From the NCBI GenBank assembly GCA_001784175.1, contig MFPR01000041.1, forward strand, positions 62,001 to 121,448: a stretch of 59,448 nucleotides of DNA, read 5' to 3'. The stretch comes from Candidatus Lindowbacteria bacterium RIFCSPLOWO2_12_FULL_62_27. Its GTDB lineage: Bacteria > Lindowbacteria > 2-12-FULL-62-27. The notes under the pieces are model-generated. The model searched no databases and was not told the DNA's origin. It was given only the letters and a program-made list of their open reading frames with translations. The translations under genes and the position numbers were made by a program. Of the stretch, positions 59,101 to 59,448 are shown in pieces. How positions within the stretch are numbered: the first letter of the stretch is position 1; each line of letters begins with the position of its first letter.

Positions 59101-59311
59101 CAGATTGGATGGACTAAACGGAGGGAACGCCACCGCCGACGGTACGCCGTCCATCACGCTGACCGGCTGTTTCTTCAAGGGTAACGGCGACGACCACGGA
59201 ACACAGGCGGTCAACACGGGCACCACCGTGCCGGACGCCGTCAACGGCGCGGACGACACCTACATGGACGTGACGTCCGTCACAAATCCGCGGTCGAGCG
59301 CGAACAACTGA
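53150..59311 (+). CDS. 2053-aa secreted protein with N-terminal eukaryote-type ubiquitin domain, Ig-like repeats, NTF2-like domains and C-terminal beta-helix
   Basis: Signal peptide ending TALA, then MQIFVKT...HLV; three NT.APxISG...LTCxTGxW...YQW.RDG repeats; GGxxPY Ig-like units; Thr/Ser-rich beta-helix-like C-terminus. Confidence 0.9.
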   Translation: MRSMLARNRWSRFLILLPVVCFLLPFFSDTALAMQIFVKTQTGKTITLDVEPSDAIENIKAKIQDKEGIAPGEQKLIFAGKQLEDGRTLSDYNIQKESTLHLVVKKAQAPAGNLKIRLWAYAGATVSAATSGGVPPYTYSISTNNSGAAISSDGLYTAGPTSGVSDIIRVTDADGTYLEGEVEVRIVPAPKLTIVSITAAQEKYNPGDKVTGEIMIKNSGTADADAVVDLGVASPNGKESYKIDNLAAAVEKGAEKAVAYSFELKSDAADGQYKANAIAKIGSQTAAELADVHVFIVVPKPKPKPPVNTVAPQISGGTKAGEKLTCGTGEWTGDPTIEYSYQWQREGKEISGVSSAEYVIQNVDPGLALTCVVTAKNDAGSASKPAQNSIAVVLEPVTIEPANVTLEAGDAVTFTGKGGRAPYTFEASSKTIDASTGKYTAPASSTGGSADIYDVNVFDDQKTGARAEVYIIPPKLSAFITTDKKSYLPGEEVRVTVTVKSASYCDWQTSVWGISVKQGDAHSGYGKADLNGILIVPKGGETSYKFTFKVNTNGVKYGTYSVAANFKPTVKADHIKDVRIALNPDPVQFEVIAPPTPPANTEAPKISGDGLVDGEAGIDVKLTCSTGEWTGDPTIAYSYQWTRDGKDITDATNADYTTTKDDAGMKLKCVVTAKNDEGKAAKESSNSATIVVPDLVIDPTEATISEEQSVTFTASGGYGKYTFSIAENKSRGNGIKVRGANNKFIYTAGELAIDNVQDVVAVKDELGKEAKAVVTVKPEEPVNSVAPQISGDGLVDGEAGIDVKLTCSTGDWVSDLEITYWFQWRRDGKPIDGANSAGYTTTQDDAGTKLKCVVSAHNDAGMNLKESSNSVTVKAAELTISPAQESATAGAVITLQAAGGEPPYEFSFIENNSNAELTRDEEATDLSPDIYYTAGAPEMDVIDQVQVKDKLGATAVASLTVTAPPPVDNGDGQGEGGGSNQNDYYDNDGDDGGGSNIGGGGSKGPYKKGATVKAINANNPSQVVTGEILDDNGNFFLTVPWSGPTLIRISGPFVDEFTGEVKTIDEPIEGVVNAQNHDTVNCSIHIPSTIASNIVEDKMKADPSKKITPVDVVSANRKVGKMLGLSGDIDVSRIDIRDTSIPNAEKLLNFQISVAANAGVEKAIEAAKQIAVEFARNKPAGSSRGGVVKAAELKKTLENIEAGRNISVKTESGKTISVAPATVIKNVVVQRRPPPRPVAEPAKKPGAKERLSDKMVPPGYKYELIYKDNSGQQKSRIYKEGERLFADDMAEFIKIKVLRADTAPAEPADARINEAKKILAGMADALNKKDVSGMTAPVAPDAIVTMNGRRSDGAGLRQLLDAALPLLDNVQWNLQIQSAAVDPKTGNVRVRVTSSYSAELMEPVGVTRESLPKPEEVKAYQMRLLESLRSTSDEIYEFKSTTAGLQLVEMVSGLPFSADLADKISSLMAAWRVKVTVFGLFDHLEQNNLAKFSELIAEAFVNNDDNNFKHNRADFIESIKADLDHLTAIDHGVRVEDIQFTADHSIARVPVTWDRRARIANTRSEWTVKNQKTTLTLTNGGLFRLAQIEGKPLFGNSSRLTRKTLIRAGELDGVTVTKAVVIGDGRDTAAATSADVPEMPAENISSLNISTEISNGTISSNPTVDQTWKGNITITSNITIPSGIKITVVSGAVITLSDNVTITVAGTLEPTSATFTSGTTCGLTISSGGTVTSAGTSYTWGNNSTITVASGGTATFTSGTWSMGTGTTIAASGTLSATSATFKAASTRWGGMTIASGSAVTITSCTMKEADTLIITTAASPTISSNTLNPVRCAIQVKSSGSPVITGNTITSLSGSFIAAMALDVGVNSSASISFSNNTITKLGSAVPNVSIDYNANIQIRSGFTGTFTSSGNRLTGDHTGAVSGTALNTYGVILATDAGSATFTNDVFNEFAVGLENRGSDNDYTGADQGISLTFTNCDFTHNRLDGLNGGNATADGTPSITLTGCFFKGNGDDHGTQAVNTGTTVPDAVNGADDTYMDVTSVTNPRSSANN
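53249..53458 (+). other. Ubiquitin domain (equivalent to residues 1-70)
   Basis: Manual alignment with human ubiquitin gives 62/70 identical residues; followed by VKKAQ instead of LRLRGG. Confidence 0.97.
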
Positions 59312-59448
59312 CATGACAACCCTCCCCTTCCCGCCTTCCCGCCTTCCTTATAAAAAATGGGTCTTCCGGTTTTCCTGTGGGTAAAAGAGAGGCATTTTAT
59401 CGGGAGACGCGCCCCCTCTCCCGAACCCTCTACCCCACATTCCCCCTT

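Noticed and set aside
59312..59448. C-rich tract and GGGAGA…TCTCCC hairpin as a terminator or REP
   Set aside because: Short stem, no U-tract, and cut off by the window edge.

Overview
GC-rich bacterial DNA from a probable diderm (it encodes TolC and a beta-barrel-like protein). Layout: (1) 0.3-8.6 kb, a GH57/GH57/GalT/GlgA glucan operon with appended genes. (2) 8.6-16.3 kb, a TetR-controlled TolC/MFP/RND efflux operon with a visible promoter and operator. (3) 16.3-17.4 kb, a RAYT/Y1 (HUH) transposase with 31-bp terminal inverted repeats and tandem end-repeats, then a membrane protein, a phosphoesterase, a DEAD-box helicase and an EndoIII-like gene. (4) 21.4-46.1 kb, a tightly coupled run of envelope genes that includes a SET methyltransferase, a LysA-like decarboxylase lacking the usual Cys, a transporter-like fusion and a 3537-aa repeat protein. 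(5) 46-52 kb, a 5'-half tRNA-Lys, an AAA-DUF4143 ATPase, a two-component system, a DUF4160/DUF2442 pair and a complete IS with a 9-bp target duplication. (6) 52-59 kb, a FecR-like gene and a 2053-aa secreted protein. The standout is that this protein's mature N-terminus is a nearly canonical eukaryotic ubiquitin: 62 of residues 1-70 match human ubiquitin, all 7 Lys are kept and the LRGG tail is absent. All family assignments come from motif recognition by eye; no searches were run.
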